Of a stretch of 64,000 nucleotides of DNA, positions 1-9,881 are shown piece by piece; positions within the stretch are counted from its first letter, which is position 1, and every line of letters begins with the position of its first letter. Under the pieces are notes generated by a model. That model saw nothing but the letters and a program-made list of their open reading frames with translations. It ran no database searches and was not told the DNA's origin. The position numbers and the translations under genes are program-made. Origin of the DNA: a virus (taxonomy: Duplodnaviria; Caudoviricetes); IMG/VR virus record IMGVR_UViG_3300037067_026376, positions 1 to 64,000 of that record; one strand, 5' to 3'.

Positions 1-48
1 TGATTGGCCTAAATTTAAAGCAGTAAGAAATGTAGCGGGGTTAACATA

Positions 49-1128
49 ATGGCACTTGTTATTGGAACTAATTGTGGATTTGTATTTTCTGCTCCTGTAG
101 ATGATCCTGAAGGAGGCTTATTTGAAATTCGTAACAACGCCGTAGTAAGTAAATTTACAAGTCCTGATGGAGTAACAAAAATAATAGAAATAGGATGGTG
201 GTGTAACGAATCAACAGAAGAAGCTAATTTTGAAGTAGGCTTATATTCCGCAGATGGTGCAGTAGTTCCGGGAGAAGCCGGAACAAGACTTTATGTTTCA
301 GATACAAATGCAAAAGGGACTAGCTCAGGGTGGAAAAGAGTAACAGTAGATTGGAGTATAACTGAAAGTACTGATTATTGGATAGGAGTGCAATTAGACA
401 ATACAGCATCCGCCACTAACACTGATAATGCTACAAGTGGCGGTGGAGGATACGATAGAATATATGTTCAAACAGGATTACCAAATCCATTTGGTGGCGG
501 AGCTTTAGGAAATGCAGATGGTATGTTGGCTATTTATGCTTTATATGAAGTTGGGGGGCCTGCGATTACTTCTATTTCTGACGAAACCATTAAAGATGGG
601 CAAACAGGGGTAGTAATATCAGGAACTGATTTTTCTGCTTCCGGAAATACAGTTCATCTTAATACAGCAGCAGATGGGAGCGAAACCGATGTTGAACAAG
701 TAATAACTGCCGAAGCTGCGGATGAAATAACATTTACGGTAGATTCCGGATCTTTTGCGCCTGGGGCAACTCTGTATGTTATCGTAGAGGACGCGGATAT
801 AAACTTGTCAAATGGTCAGGAGGTTACATTGGTATCTGATCCGGTTTCTCCTGTTTATTCTGATACTATTACTGGCGCTTCCTATGATTCTGATACAGGA
901 ATAATTACAAGCAATGGAAATTTTGGAGATTATACTGGAAGGTTTGCTTTTGTAGTAGAAGGAGCCGCAGGAGCATGGGTTTCTGACATATTTGAAATTC
1001 TTGACTCTGATGTGAATTCGATTATGATTGGAGATGGTTTAGGCGATAATACTGATGTTGATGTATATATATTACCCACTACAGGCAGTGGATTCTTAGG
1101 GGGGATAAATAGGGGGTTAATAAACTAA
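49..1128 (+). CDS. Putative virion structural protein with central IPT/TIG-like Ig domain
   Basis: Acidic G/T/S/D-rich beta-type sequence; PAITSISDETIKDGQTGVVISGTDF resembles an IPT/TIG start; late operon upstream of lysis genes. Confidence 0.5.
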   Translation: MALVIGTNCGFVFSAPVDDPEGGLFEIRNNAVVSKFTSPDGVTKIIEIGWWCNESTEEANFEVGLYSADGAVVPGEAGTRLYVSDTNAKGTSSGWKRVTVDWSITESTDYWIGVQLDNTASATNTDNATSGGGGYDRIYVQTGLPNPFGGGALGNADGMLAIYALYEVGGPAITSISDETIKDGQTGVVISGTDFSASGNTVHLNTAADGSETDVEQVITAEAADEITFTVDSGSFAPGATLYVIVEDADINLSNGQEVTLVSDPVSPVYSDTITGASYDSDTGIITSNGNFGDYTGRFAFVVEGAAGAWVSDIFEILDSDVNSIMIGDGLGDNTDVDVYILPTTGSGFLGGINRGLIN

Positions 1129-2528
1129 TGCAATATGGAGCTTTAGAAAGTACATTTTATTTTAATTTTGCGGTTAATGATAATACTGGTGATCAGGCAG
1201 ATGGAGTGGTAGGTACTGCCTATGTGAGACTAAAAGGTGCCGCTGCTGATGCTGCACCTGTTTATTCTGCTACGCCTTATCTGCTAACTCATGCCAACTA
1301 TCCAGATGGATGCGTAGAAGTGGCTATCCCAGCTACGGCTGTAAATGGATTTGCAGGAGATAGCGAATATGCGGTTTATTGCGATCACGCGGTAAGCGCA
1401 GTCTATCCAAATGGCATGATAGGAGAGTTCATAACAACAGCTTTAGCTGACGATACAGAATTAGCGGAATCAGTTTCAGCAAAACTTCAAACTGATATGC
1501 AAGCTGACCCTACTGATTTCCATGTCAATGTGATGGAAGTCAACGGAACTGCTCAGACAGCAAATGATAATGGAGCGGATATAAATACTATATTATCCAG
1601 GATTATAGGAACATTGCTTGCCGGTGATCATAATCCTCAATCCGGAGACGGTTATGCCATAGTTAATAGTGGGACCTTTGGAAATTCAATTCTTAATGAA
1701 AAATTAAACACAATTGATGATTTTATCGATACTGAAATAACATCAATTATTACTCATTTAACTGATATAAAAGGCGCTGGATGGACGACGCAAACGCTTC
1801 AGGCAATAATAACTGCCCTTGCGACTAAACCTACATCGGCAGAGGTAAATGCAGCATGTGATACCGCTATAGCGGATGCTGCACTATCATCTCAAACATC
1901 TGTCGATACAATTGACGGAATTGTAGATTCTTTATTAATAATCGCACAAAAACTCGACACGGCACTTGAACTTGATGGGGCAGTATATAAATTTACCGCC
2001 AACGCTTTGGAGGAAGCTCCAACAGGTGTGGGGGGATTTACCACGGATGACAGAAACGACTTACAGGCGATAGACGCAATTACAGCTATTTTAGCGACAA
2101 TGTATGAAGATAGCGCCGGTTACAGATTTAAAGCAAAGGCTCTGGAGCAAGCTCCAGTAACAAGTGTCACCGGATTGGCTACAACTGCTCATGTTCAGGA
2201 AGTAGAGGATAAATTAGATATTGTTGACACTAATGTTGATTCCACACTTGCTGATACCGCAGAAATGCAGACTAAGCTTGATACCATAGACTCAAACGTA
2301 GATTCCGTTTTAGAAGACACCGGTTCTGCCGGAGTAAAAGTCATGGACGTTGAAACCGGCTTGACACATGCTCATGCTATGCAAATACTTGTTGCGTTGG
2401 GGTGCCTGATGGATGGCGGAGGGACTTCAACTATACATGCCCGGAATTATGAGGATACTAAAAATAGAATAACGTGGATTGTAGACGAAAACGGGAATAG
2501 AACCGGCATAACTTTTAATTTTGATTAA
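1128..2528 (+). CDS. Acidic putative virion protein with internal repeats
   Basis: Repeats YKFTANALEEAP / YRFKAKALEQAP and LDIVDTNVDS / LDTIDSNVDS; ends NRITWIVDENGNRTGITFNFD; start overlaps upstream stop. Confidence 0.45.
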   Translation: MQYGALESTFYFNFAVNDNTGDQADGVVGTAYVRLKGAAADAAPVYSATPYLLTHANYPDGCVEVAIPATAVNGFAGDSEYAVYCDHAVSAVYPNGMIGEFITTALADDTELAESVSAKLQTDMQADPTDFHVNVMEVNGTAQTANDNGADINTILSRIIGTLLAGDHNPQSGDGYAIVNSGTFGNSILNEKLNTIDDFIDTEITSIITHLTDIKGAGWTTQTLQAIITALATKPTSAEVNAACDTAIADAALSSQTSVDTIDGIVDSLLIIAQKLDTALELDGAVYKFTANALEEAPTGVGGFTTDDRNDLQAIDAITAILATMYEDSAGYRFKAKALEQAPVTSVTGLATTAHVQEVEDKLDIVDTNVDSTLADTAEMQTKLDTIDSNVDSVLEDTGSAGVKVMDVETGLTHAHAMQILVALGCLMDGGGTSTIHARNYEDTKNRITWIVDENGNRTGITFNFD

Positions 2529-2538
2529 GGTATGATAA

Positions 2539-2697
2539 ATGTTTCCTATTTATTTATGGCCTCTTGATTTATGGCCGGTACATTTTTGGCCGGGGTACGG
2601 GGAAGAACCTGTTGAACCGGTAGATCTTACCTCCGGAATCGTGTTTGAGGTATATTTTGCAGATAGCATAGAATTTGATATAGAATTCAAGGATTAA
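2539..2697 (+). CDS. Small Trp/Pro-rich protein (52 aa, absent from ORF track)
   Basis: Hand-translated MFPIYLWPLDLWPVHFWPGYGEEPVEPVDLTSGIVFEVYFADSIEFDIEFKD; fills the gap between two genes. Confidence 0.55.
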   Translation: MFPIYLWPLDLWPVHFWPGYGEEPVEPVDLTSGIVFEVYFADSIEFDIEFKD

Positions 2698-2701
2698 TGC
2701 A

Positions 2702-2989
2702 ATGAAATCACTTCAATTAGGCGAATATGGTATTCCAATAGTTTTTAATCAAGAGTTAGATATTACTACTGCCGATATATATATCCTTTATACGAAGCCT
2801 AGTGGAGAGGAGGGGCAATGGAATGCGGTAAAAAATGGCACATCTTTTTATTATATGTTACAAGATGGGGATATTAATGAAACAGGAACATGGGTATTAT
2901 GGCTGTTCGCGGAATGGCCAGGTAAAGAATTATGGGCAAGAGTCGCGTTACAGGTGAGACATGCTCCTACGGATAGGGTGATTGTATGA
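2702..2989 (+). CDS. Small Ig-fold virion protein (BppU N-terminal-like)
   Basis: YTKPSG and YYMLQDGDINETGTWVLW pattern typical of BppU-N-like phage proteins. Confidence 0.45.
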   Translation: MKSLQLGEYGIPIVFNQELDITTADIYILYTKPSGEEGQWNAVKNGTSFYYMLQDGDINETGTWVLWLFAEWPGKELWARVALQVRHAPTDRVIV

Positions 2990-3549
2990 ATATAATTCAG
3001 GATTATCGCGTTCATGATAAATATTTTGCTTCTATCTCCTCTGAATTCTCAAGAAATATAGCGGATATAACTGAAATCGTATGTCATGGGACGGCTGGGG
3101 GTCAATCCGCAAAAGGGATCATAAAGTGGATGCTGAGTGGTGAGAGAGAAGAAGAATATAAAAAGGGGATCGCATTATTTCATTATGAAATAGACAGAAA
3201 TGGAGACATATATCAGATAATTCCGGATCTTAATTGGGTATATCATTCATCTTCAGGAAGACATGATAAGAAAACAATTGGAATTGAACTTGTAAATCCA
3301 GTCATCGAAAATAAAGGTAAATATACGATAGACCAATATAATTCTCTTTTTAGCTTAATCAAAAGAATGATGCAGTTATATCCCATAGACCATATTGCCG
3401 GTCACGGAGGGAATAAATTAAAATATTCAGGTTCATATAAGAACTGCCCCGGAGAATTCGACTGGGTTTTATTAAAACGTAATTTCAACATCAGTATGGA
3501 AACAAAAGAGATCTACAAATTAAAAAATGATGGAGATGGAAATGGCTAA
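2986..3549 (+). CDS. Endolysin, N-acetylmuramoyl-L-alanine amidase (Amidase_2 type)
   Basis: Zn-ligand motifs IVCHGTAG, HYEIDRNG, TIGIEL, IAGH and KNCPG. Confidence 0.85.
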   Translation: MNIIQDYRVHDKYFASISSEFSRNIADITEIVCHGTAGGQSAKGIIKWMLSGEREEEYKKGIALFHYEIDRNGDIYQIIPDLNWVYHSSSGRHDKKTIGIELVNPVIENKGKYTIDQYNSLFSLIKRMMQLYPIDHIAGHGGNKLKYSGSYKNCPGEFDWVLLKRNFNISMETKEIYKLKNDGDGNG

Positions 3550-3865
3550 AAGCAAAAAAACACAAAGAATCATAGGAAAAGTCCCGAATTTTTTTATAAC
3601 AGGATCATTCCTGATGACCCTGGTCATAGGGTTACTCGTGGGGTATAACCAGTTGCAGCAAAAATATCAGGAAGAGAAATGGATCGCCGCGGAAAAACAA
3701 GACATAAGAATAGAACAAAAAATTGATAATTTATCTGTAGTAATAAATGAAAAAATGGAAGCAGATTATAAAAAAATTGAAGACAACTCAAAAAAAATTG
3801 CTGTGTTATGGCAAGAATTAAAAAACAGAACAAAGACATGGGTTCGTTCTACATCTGCGGAATAA
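3542..3865 (+). CDS. Single-TM coiled-coil protein in lysis cassette (holin or i-spanin-like)
   Basis: N-terminal TM FFITGSFLMTLVIGLLVGY then coiled coil; GGAG upstream of ATG 3542. Confidence 0.4.
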   Translation: MAKSKKTQRIIGKVPNFFITGSFLMTLVIGLLVGYNQLQQKYQEEKWIAAEKQDIRIEQKIDNLSVVINEKMEADYKKIEDNSKKIAVLWQELKNRTKTWVRSTSAE

Positions 3866-3873
3866 TATTTAAA

Positions 3874-4071
3874 ATGAAAAAAAATCACAATACATTCGTA
3901 GAATTATCAAAGATATGGAATTATATCAAAGACAATAAAATTATTATCTGGGCATTTATTGTCTTTATGCTTACGATAAGATGGCAATGCAGCAATGAAA
4001 CCGGGGAGATGAAATTCAACTTCGGGTGTTCTCCTATCAGAATTTCTGATGTTAAGGAAATAATAAAATGA
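3874..4071 (+). CDS. Small membrane protein in lysis cassette
   Basis: Hydrophobic IIIWAFIVFMLTI; start at ATG 3874 inferred. Confidence 0.4.
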   Translation: MKKNHNTFVELSKIWNYIKDNKIIIWAFIVFMLTIRWQCSNETGEMKFNFGCSPIRISDVKEIIK

Positions 4072-4268
4072 AAGAATATTTTTTACAAATGATGTCAACC
4101 CGGGGTACTACATCTCTCATGAGACATATTGTTCTCGCAATCGTTATTATCGCTTTGATATGCGCGGTCGCGAATATATTTGTAGAAAAAGATTTAACAG
4201 CAATGGTAGTAGGTATGTTAGCTGCCGCGGGAGTATCAAAGGGGTTCCAGAGCTTTGCTGAGAGATAA
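4068..4268 (+). CDS. Holin-like 2-TM protein
   Basis: 66 aa, two hydrophobic helices, near the endolysin. Confidence 0.55.
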   Translation: MKEYFLQMMSTRGTTSLMRHIVLAIVIIALICAVANIFVEKDLTAMVVGMLAAAGVSKGFQSFAER

Positions 4269-4728
4269 GATAAAAATAGGATTAATATGTTTCATCGCTG
4301 GTGGAATTATCTTCACCATCATGGTAAAGAGTTTCTGGCCTACGGTTAAAACTGAAATTGAATATGTATCTGCAGGCACAACCACTCATACTACAAATAC
4401 TGAAGATATTAACATTAATAACCCGGAGGATTGTCAGATAGCAAAGGATTGCGCTAACTCAGATATAAAAGTGGAAGCTGAAGTAAAAGACGATATTATC
4501 TTTGGAACCGCGAGTGATGATTGTAAGACTACTGATTTTAAAATAAAACTTAAAATAAAACAATCGTTCCATCATACATTTCAAGTGGGATATTTATATC
4601 AAATGAAAATAGGACAAAGTATAGAGTTATCTTATTTCTATAATTTTAATCTTTTTAAAATTGGGGGAGGGCTGATCCTTAACAAAGATTGTCCCGGGGT
4701 TAAGGTATCTCTCCAGAAATCATTTTGA
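4255..4728 (+). CDS. N-anchored envelope protein with C-terminal amphipathic beta strands
   Basis: N-terminal TM; C-terminus alternates hydrophobic and aromatic residues and ends in Phe (SLQKSF). Confidence 0.4.
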   Translation: MLRDKIKIGLICFIAGGIIFTIMVKSFWPTVKTEIEYVSAGTTTHTTNTEDININNPEDCQIAKDCANSDIKVEAEVKDDIIFGTASDDCKTTDFKIKLKIKQSFHHTFQVGYLYQMKIGQSIELSYFYNFNLFKIGGGLILNKDCPGVKVSLQKSF

Positions 4729-5294
4729 AGGAAGCGCCATGGATAACATATAAAGCCGTACAATGGCTCGATAATTATCTCGACAAAAACATGATAATGT
4801 TTGAATACGGAAGTGGGGATTCCACTCTGTATTTTTCAGAAAGAGTTAAAAAAATTGTATCCGTGGAACATAACAAGATATGGTACGACAAAATATATAA
4901 AAAATTAACTGCTTCCGGCATGAAGAATTGGGACTATTTTAATATATTACCCGATAAATTAGAATTCCCTATTGATTATTTCCCGGGAAGTTACTCCTCT
5001 AAATCAGGAAAGGATCATGCCCGAACCCTATCCTTTGAAAAATATGTTAAATTTATTGAAATCTATCATGATCATTTCTTTGATTTTATATTCATAGATG
5101 GACGCTCTCGCGCTTCCTGTGTACAATACGCTTTGAATAAAATAAAAAAAGGGGGGTACCTTATGCTTGATAACTCAGATAGAAAGCATTACGAATATAT
5201 ATTTACTCTTATGAGCGCGTATGAAAAGACAGATTTTTGGGGATATGGAAAAGATCATGAATACTGGAATACTACGATATGGAAGGTAAAATAA
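4725..5294 (+). CDS. Class I SAM-dependent methyltransferase (non-DNA type)
   Basis: MFEYGSGDST motif I; FDFIFIDGRSR; GGYLMLDNS. Confidence 0.8.
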   Translation: MKEAPWITYKAVQWLDNYLDKNMIMFEYGSGDSTLYFSERVKKIVSVEHNKIWYDKIYKKLTASGMKNWDYFNILPDKLEFPIDYFPGSYSSKSGKDHARTLSFEKYVKFIEIYHDHFFDFIFIDGRSRASCVQYALNKIKKGGYLMLDNSDRKHYEYIFTLMSAYEKTDFWGYGKDHEYWNTTIWKVK

Positions 5295-5296
5295 TA

Positions 5297-5554
5297 ATGA
5301 AATCGGTAACGAGGAGAAAATATGTCTGTGAGCTGGCTCGCGAAATAAATGATCTCCACCAAAGCGATTCCGAACATGATGTTGAAGTCCGAAAATTACT
5401 TTCAGATATTGTGCACGGCGCTAAAGCCATGGTTAGAAAACTTGAAGAGTATAAAGAAGGGACGAAACTGGAATTATTTCCGGAGATGACTTCAAATTTC
5501 AAGGCGAAGAAAAAATTAAGAAAACAGGAAGGTTATAAAAAAATTGAAATTTAA
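5297..5554 (+). CDS. Hypothetical protein
   Basis: ORF tightly packed within the operon. Confidence 0.5.
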   Translation: MKSVTRRKYVCELAREINDLHQSDSEHDVEVRKLLSDIVHGAKAMVRKLEEYKEGTKLELFPEMTSNFKAKKKLRKQEGYKKIEI

Positions 5555-6101
5555 GACTATGAGATGGGAAGAGATTTACAAGAGATTACCGAAAGATAAA
5601 CCGATAATCGGCGCTGAGATAGGGGTGTGGACGGGAAAGACAAGCAGTTACCTCATAGAAAACCTTCCGAATCTCACCATGTACATGATCGATGCCTGGG
5701 CGGATCCCGTTACAATACCCTCATTCTTTAACTCCGGCGCGAAAATGGCAAGATTTGATAAATCAGTATATGACTCCGCCTATAATACGGTACAACAGAT
5801 TCAATTAAAATACCCCGATAGATCATTCGTCATTAAGGATATATCTCTCCGCGCTTCCTGGAGATTTAATGGAAATACCTTAGATTTCGTCTTTTTGGAC
5901 GGTGATCATAGTTATGAAGGATTATCCTTAGATATGGATTTATGGTATCCAAAAGTAAAGCTCGGCGGTTTATTCTGCGGACACGATTATAATCCCGCAG
6001 ATAAAGGATTCCGCGGAGTAAAAAAGGCGGTAAATGAATGGTTTGAACCTGATGAATTCGAACTTGGAGATGACCATACCTGGTTTCACATAAAGAAATG
6101 A
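5544..6101 (+). CDS. Class I SAM methyltransferase (Methyltransf_24-like)
   Basis: GAEIGVWTGKTS; LDFVFLDGDHSYEG; GGLFCGHDY. Confidence 0.85.
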   Translation: MKFKTMRWEEIYKRLPKDKPIIGAEIGVWTGKTSSYLIENLPNLTMYMIDAWADPVTIPSFFNSGAKMARFDKSVYDSAYNTVQQIQLKYPDRSFVIKDISLRASWRFNGNTLDFVFLDGDHSYEGLSLDMDLWYPKVKLGGLFCGHDYNPADKGFRGVKKAVNEWFEPDEFELGDDHTWFHIKK

Positions 6102-6856
6102 AGATAATAGGAGTATATTTTAACCCGCCGGAATCTGACGTATATGAACGCCTCACCCGCGTCTTCTTATATTCTCTGAGAAAAAATATGCCTGACACCA
6201 GATATGAAGTATATGAAATACCTTTTCCCATAATTGAGGGGAAAAGATTTCAGGCTCAAATGGAAAAGCAAAGGATATGGACAAAGCTGGCGCTGCAGCA
6301 AACAGAAGAATACATCATCATGGATACGGATATGATGGTGATGGGGGGTCTCACTGAGGCATTTAAAGAGAATTTTGATATAGCTTATACCTCTAGAAGA
6401 TTGTTCCGAAAACCGTTAAATGGAGGTATGTTATTCTGCAGACCCACGGCAGCAACGAATGATTTCTGGGATGAATGGATTGAGAATTGTAAAGAAGCCT
6501 ATGAAAATAAATCCATACAGAATAGAAACAACAGCAAATGTAAGGGATTCGCTCAATCCGCGTTATGGCATACGATTCAAAATTACGCTTTCCCTATCGA
6601 TATAAAAGCGTTGCCATGTCACGAATATAATGCTTGTGACGAGGAATGGAATAATATTAATTACGAGAATGTAAAAGCAATACATATAAAGGGAAGAATG
6701 AGGAAAGCATTATTTGGTCCGAAGCAAATACCGGACCAAAAAGTATATAATCTTTGGAGAGAATATGAAAGAGAATGTTACAGTGGTAATCAGGAGCATT
6801 GGAGAGAGGACTACGGAGTTATGTCATTACCTGATTTCCAAGCAAATCCCGGATAA
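6098..6856 (+). CDS. GT-A glycosyltransferase (nucleotide-diphospho-sugar transferase-like)
   Basis: DxD motif (MDTD), LNGGMLF, YNAC and HIKG motifs. Confidence 0.7.
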   Translation: MKIIGVYFNPPESDVYERLTRVFLYSLRKNMPDTRYEVYEIPFPIIEGKRFQAQMEKQRIWTKLALQQTEEYIIMDTDMMVMGGLTEAFKENFDIAYTSRRLFRKPLNGGMLFCRPTAATNDFWDEWIENCKEAYENKSIQNRNNSKCKGFAQSALWHTIQNYAFPIDIKALPCHEYNACDEEWNNINYENVKAIHIKGRMRKALFGPKQIPDQKVYNLWREYERECYSGNQEHWREDYGVMSLPDFQANPG

Positions 6857-7514
6857 AAATATTTTTATCGTCATCAAATATCCATCTACGGAAGGTACAC
6901 GGGCCGTATATGAGATAGGGCTAAGAGAAGGTAGAAAATGGACGTTGTTTGTGGACGCAGATCAATTACTTTTTAAGAATTCTGTAAAATTTTTATATAA
7001 TCTTGCGGAATCTCAGGAGCATCTTGTATTCGGAGTGAAGGGATGTGTAAATGATAAATTATTCATGGAATACAGAAAGATGGGATGTGGCCCCATCATG
7101 TATAATACTCAGGCATTTGAATCCGCGATAAATTTTATTCCAGATCCTTATCAGGCGATCCGCCCTGATTCATATATCATAGCAAATATGAAACAGCTTG
7201 GATATGACTGGATAAGAAACTCTAAAAAAGTGGCCTTTCATGATTACTTCCAATATTATCGTCACATATACAAGAAGATGTTTATAAATGCAAAAAAATC
7301 AAAATTAAACTGTCGTCATTTACTGCCAAGATGGAAAATGCTGGCGCAGAATGACAGCGACTTCGAGATATGTATAAAGGGGTATCTCGCGGGTAAGGCA
7401 TACAATGGCGACCTGGCCATTGACTACAGCAAAGATTACGGATATGTCAATGAAATACCGGAGAAGGAGCCTATAACAAATTTTGAAGAATATGAGGCGC
7501 TCGTTCATGAATAA
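6765..7514 (+). CDS. GT2-like glycosyltransferase
   Basis: VTVVIRS start and LFVDADQ DxD motif; start at ATG 6765 inferred. Confidence 0.6.
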   Translation: MKENVTVVIRSIGERTTELCHYLISKQIPDKNIFIVIKYPSTEGTRAVYEIGLREGRKWTLFVDADQLLFKNSVKFLYNLAESQEHLVFGVKGCVNDKLFMEYRKMGCGPIMYNTQAFESAINFIPDPYQAIRPDSYIIANMKQLGYDWIRNSKKVAFHDYFQYYRHIYKKMFINAKKSKLNCRHLLPRWKMLAQNDSDFEICIKGYLAGKAYNGDLAIDYSKDYGYVNEIPEKEPITNFEEYEALVHE

Positions 7515-8211
7515 GGTAGTTACAGCTTCATTTGATTACGGTGACTCCAATAAATTCAAAACTCTGAGCGAAGTCTTTATCTCATCTATAAATAAGAACG
7601 TGTCCGGAGCAGAAATAATCTCATATTTATTGCCGGAGCCGGAGATAAGGTTTAATAGAACCCGGAGTTTTATCTCAAATTCAGTTAAATTAAAAATGTG
7701 GGTTGATTCTGTTCGTAATTGTAATGATGGCGACTGCGTAGCGCTTATGGACAGCGATATGCTTGTTATTCATGATTTTTTTGATGTCTTCGACAATGAT
7801 TTTGATATTGGATATACGGTCCGGACCCGAAGTAAATGGCCTATAAATGGAGGAGTTATATTCGTAAAAGTAAATGATAAGAGCAGGGAATTTATGAACC
7901 TGTTTCTATCTGTGAATAATAGAATGCTTCAAGATACGGAGTTTCATAAAATATGGCAGTCCAGATATGCAGGAATAAATCAGGCGGCATTTGGGTATAT
8001 GTTGGAATATCCAATTCCTATAAATGTAAAAATTAAACCATTTCCATGCCGGATTTATAATGCCTGTGGAGAAGACCTCCCTATTGATGAAGACATAACT
8101 AAAATTATTCATATCAAGGGAAAATTAAGACAGGCAATCTTTGGAGAAATAAAAACCGAGCCTGAATTAGAAGGTTCGGTTTTATCATGGAATAAATATA
8201 AAGAGATATAA
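7507..8211 (+). CDS. GT-A glycosyltransferase, paralog of 6098-6856
   Basis: MDSD DxD, INGGVIF, YNAC and HIKG motifs shared with the 6098 gene. Confidence 0.7.
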   Translation: MNKVVTASFDYGDSNKFKTLSEVFISSINKNVSGAEIISYLLPEPEIRFNRTRSFISNSVKLKMWVDSVRNCNDGDCVALMDSDMLVIHDFFDVFDNDFDIGYTVRTRSKWPINGGVIFVKVNDKSREFMNLFLSVNNRMLQDTEFHKIWQSRYAGINQAAFGYMLEYPIPINVKIKPFPCRIYNACGEDLPIDEDITKIIHIKGKLRQAIFGEIKTEPELEGSVLSWNKYKEI

Positions 8212-8214
8212 TAA

Positions 8215-8619
8215 TTATTTACCCATTAAACAAATATTTTGATAAGATTCTATGGGTGGATTCTCATCCTGAGCATTTTTATATTCAGAATAATCTTCCT
8301 TCTTCTTTAATTTTTCACTTTTGCTTCGATAATGTTTATAAATGGCACCCTCCTGAGTTGCTATTTTTTTATATAGAAACTCTTCAACTTTCATGATTAT
8401 TCTTTCATAAAATCTGTTTCTTTTCGCAATTGCGGCGCTTAATGCATATCCTTCCCCTACGCCGGGATCATATTCATCTCCGGCTTCGTAATTGCATTTT
8501 GCCACGCCTTTGAATTCTTCTACACCGTCATTGATAAAACATATAACTGCCTTTTCATTTGGATGAAGAAATCTGACATTTAATTTTTGATCTAAAATTG
8601 TTATCGTAAAACTATCCAT
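8215..8619 (-). CDS. Hypothetical phage protein
   Basis: GVAKCNYEAGDEYDPGVGEGYAL pattern; last gene of the minus-strand arm. Confidence 0.5.
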   Translation of the reverse strand: MDSFTITILDQKLNVRFLHPNEKAVICFINDGVEEFKGVAKCNYEAGDEYDPGVGEGYALSAAIAKRNRFYERIIMKVEEFLYKKIATQEGAIYKHYRSKSEKLKKKEDYSEYKNAQDENPPIESYQNICLMGK

Positions 8620-8623
8620 TACT

Positions 8624-8890
8624 TTATTCTCCTTTATTTATTATGACCGGACCAACCGGTTCAAAAGTGATACTCGATTCGTTGATATAAACAACCTTGA
8701 AAGTATAATCTTTAATAACTATCTCCTCATCGATAGCGAATACACTCCAGTGTTTCGGAACGGATTCACCGTTCGGTCTTATCAATTTGTTTTCTACTTG
8801 AGCGAGTGCCTTCTCGAAAGCATCATCCGTTTTATACTTTTCAGTTATTAAATATTTTAATCCTTCAAATTTATTTGTTTCTGGGTTCAT
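8624..8890 (-). CDS. Hypothetical protein
   Basis: ORF with GGAG RBS. Confidence 0.5.
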   Translation of the reverse strand: MNPETNKFEGLKYLITEKYKTDDAFEKALAQVENKLIRPNGESVPKHWSVFAIDEEIVIKDYTFKVVYINESSITFEPVGPVIINKGE

Positions 8891-8911
8891 TGTCCGATAC
8901 TCCTTTATTTA

Positions 8912-9271
8912 TTATGCATGTTTTCCATCATCTACCGCCTTAAAATGCTTTAATGGATGACGGCCAACACTAAATTCTTTCATCGCTAAATTAGCGATAT
9001 CTACAAGTAATTCATCATTCCCGGTCTCAATATATTTATTTGATCTATCAATGATGCTTTTTATTACCTGATCCGTCGTTCTGTTTTGTTTCGAAAAGGG
9101 CCCATATCTGAACCTTCCCATAATCAATCGGTTCCGCATTAATGTTTCAAATTTAAGGTCCCATTCCGTTTCTTTTAATTCTTCTATATCCGGTATTTTA
9201 TTTGTCTTTTCATCTTCAGATAATCCACATTTCCATCGCCATAGATTATCAAGAAAAAAGCGTTCATCCAT
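8912..9271 (-). CDS. Conserved phage protein, possibly all-alpha NTP pyrophosphatase-like
   Basis: LMRNRLIMGRFRYG and LVDIANLAMKEF motifs; next to thyX; function is a guess. Confidence 0.4.
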   Translation of the reverse strand: MDERFFLDNLWRWKCGLSEDEKTNKIPDIEELKETEWDLKFETLMRNRLIMGRFRYGPFSKQNRTTDQVIKSIIDRSNKYIETGNDELLVDIANLAMKEFSVGRHPLKHFKAVDDGKHA

Positions 9272-9881
9272 ATATTTCCGGTAATTGCTTCGTTATCTCG
9301 TCACGTAAAGGAATCATTACTTTTTGCATATCCGGATGAGCTGATGACGCGCATCTTAACTCAAAAATATGTTTCCACTCGCGAAGGTTTGCTTTTACCA
9401 CAATTTCTGTTTTTACGTCATTCGGCAACACACCTCGGGCAGCTTGAGGAGATAGATCATGCTCTCGTAAAAACTGATAAGCCATTTCAGATTGTCTCAT
9501 TTGAAGTATCCATGCTTCTTTTGTTTCTTCATCTGGCTTTGTTATAATTCCATCGCCAAACCAATACGGTTTAATGACAGTAATACCTTCACCTTCATAA
9601 TCGCAATATCTGGTGCTCTCCTGAGCGAAGGAGCACAAACGGTGTCTTACCATTTCATAACAAAACCCGCGATTATGAATGAACCGGACTTGAATATCAT
9701 AGAATTCAATCATGGCTAAATGATTTCTTTTCACAATATTTGAAACGAATTTTACTGCTGAGTCATCTGTTATTTTATCTTCTGATTTATAACAGGTACG
9801 GCCGCATTTTTCCAGATGCTTTAATACGGTATCTCTATTTATATCGGTTAAAATCTCGTAACTTGGATCAATTATTTTCAT
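9264..9881 (-). CDS. thyX: Flavin-dependent thymidylate synthase
   Basis: RHRLCSFAQESTRY signature, ARGVLP, NLREWKHIFELR, HPDM. Confidence 0.93.
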   Translation of the reverse strand: MKIIDPSYEILTDINRDTVLKHLEKCGRTCYKSEDKITDDSAVKFVSNIVKRNHLAMIEFYDIQVRFIHNRGFCYEMVRHRLCSFAQESTRYCDYEGEGITVIKPYWFGDGIITKPDEETKEAWILQMRQSEMAYQFLREHDLSPQAARGVLPNDVKTEIVVKANLREWKHIFELRCASSAHPDMQKVMIPLRDEITKQLPEIYG

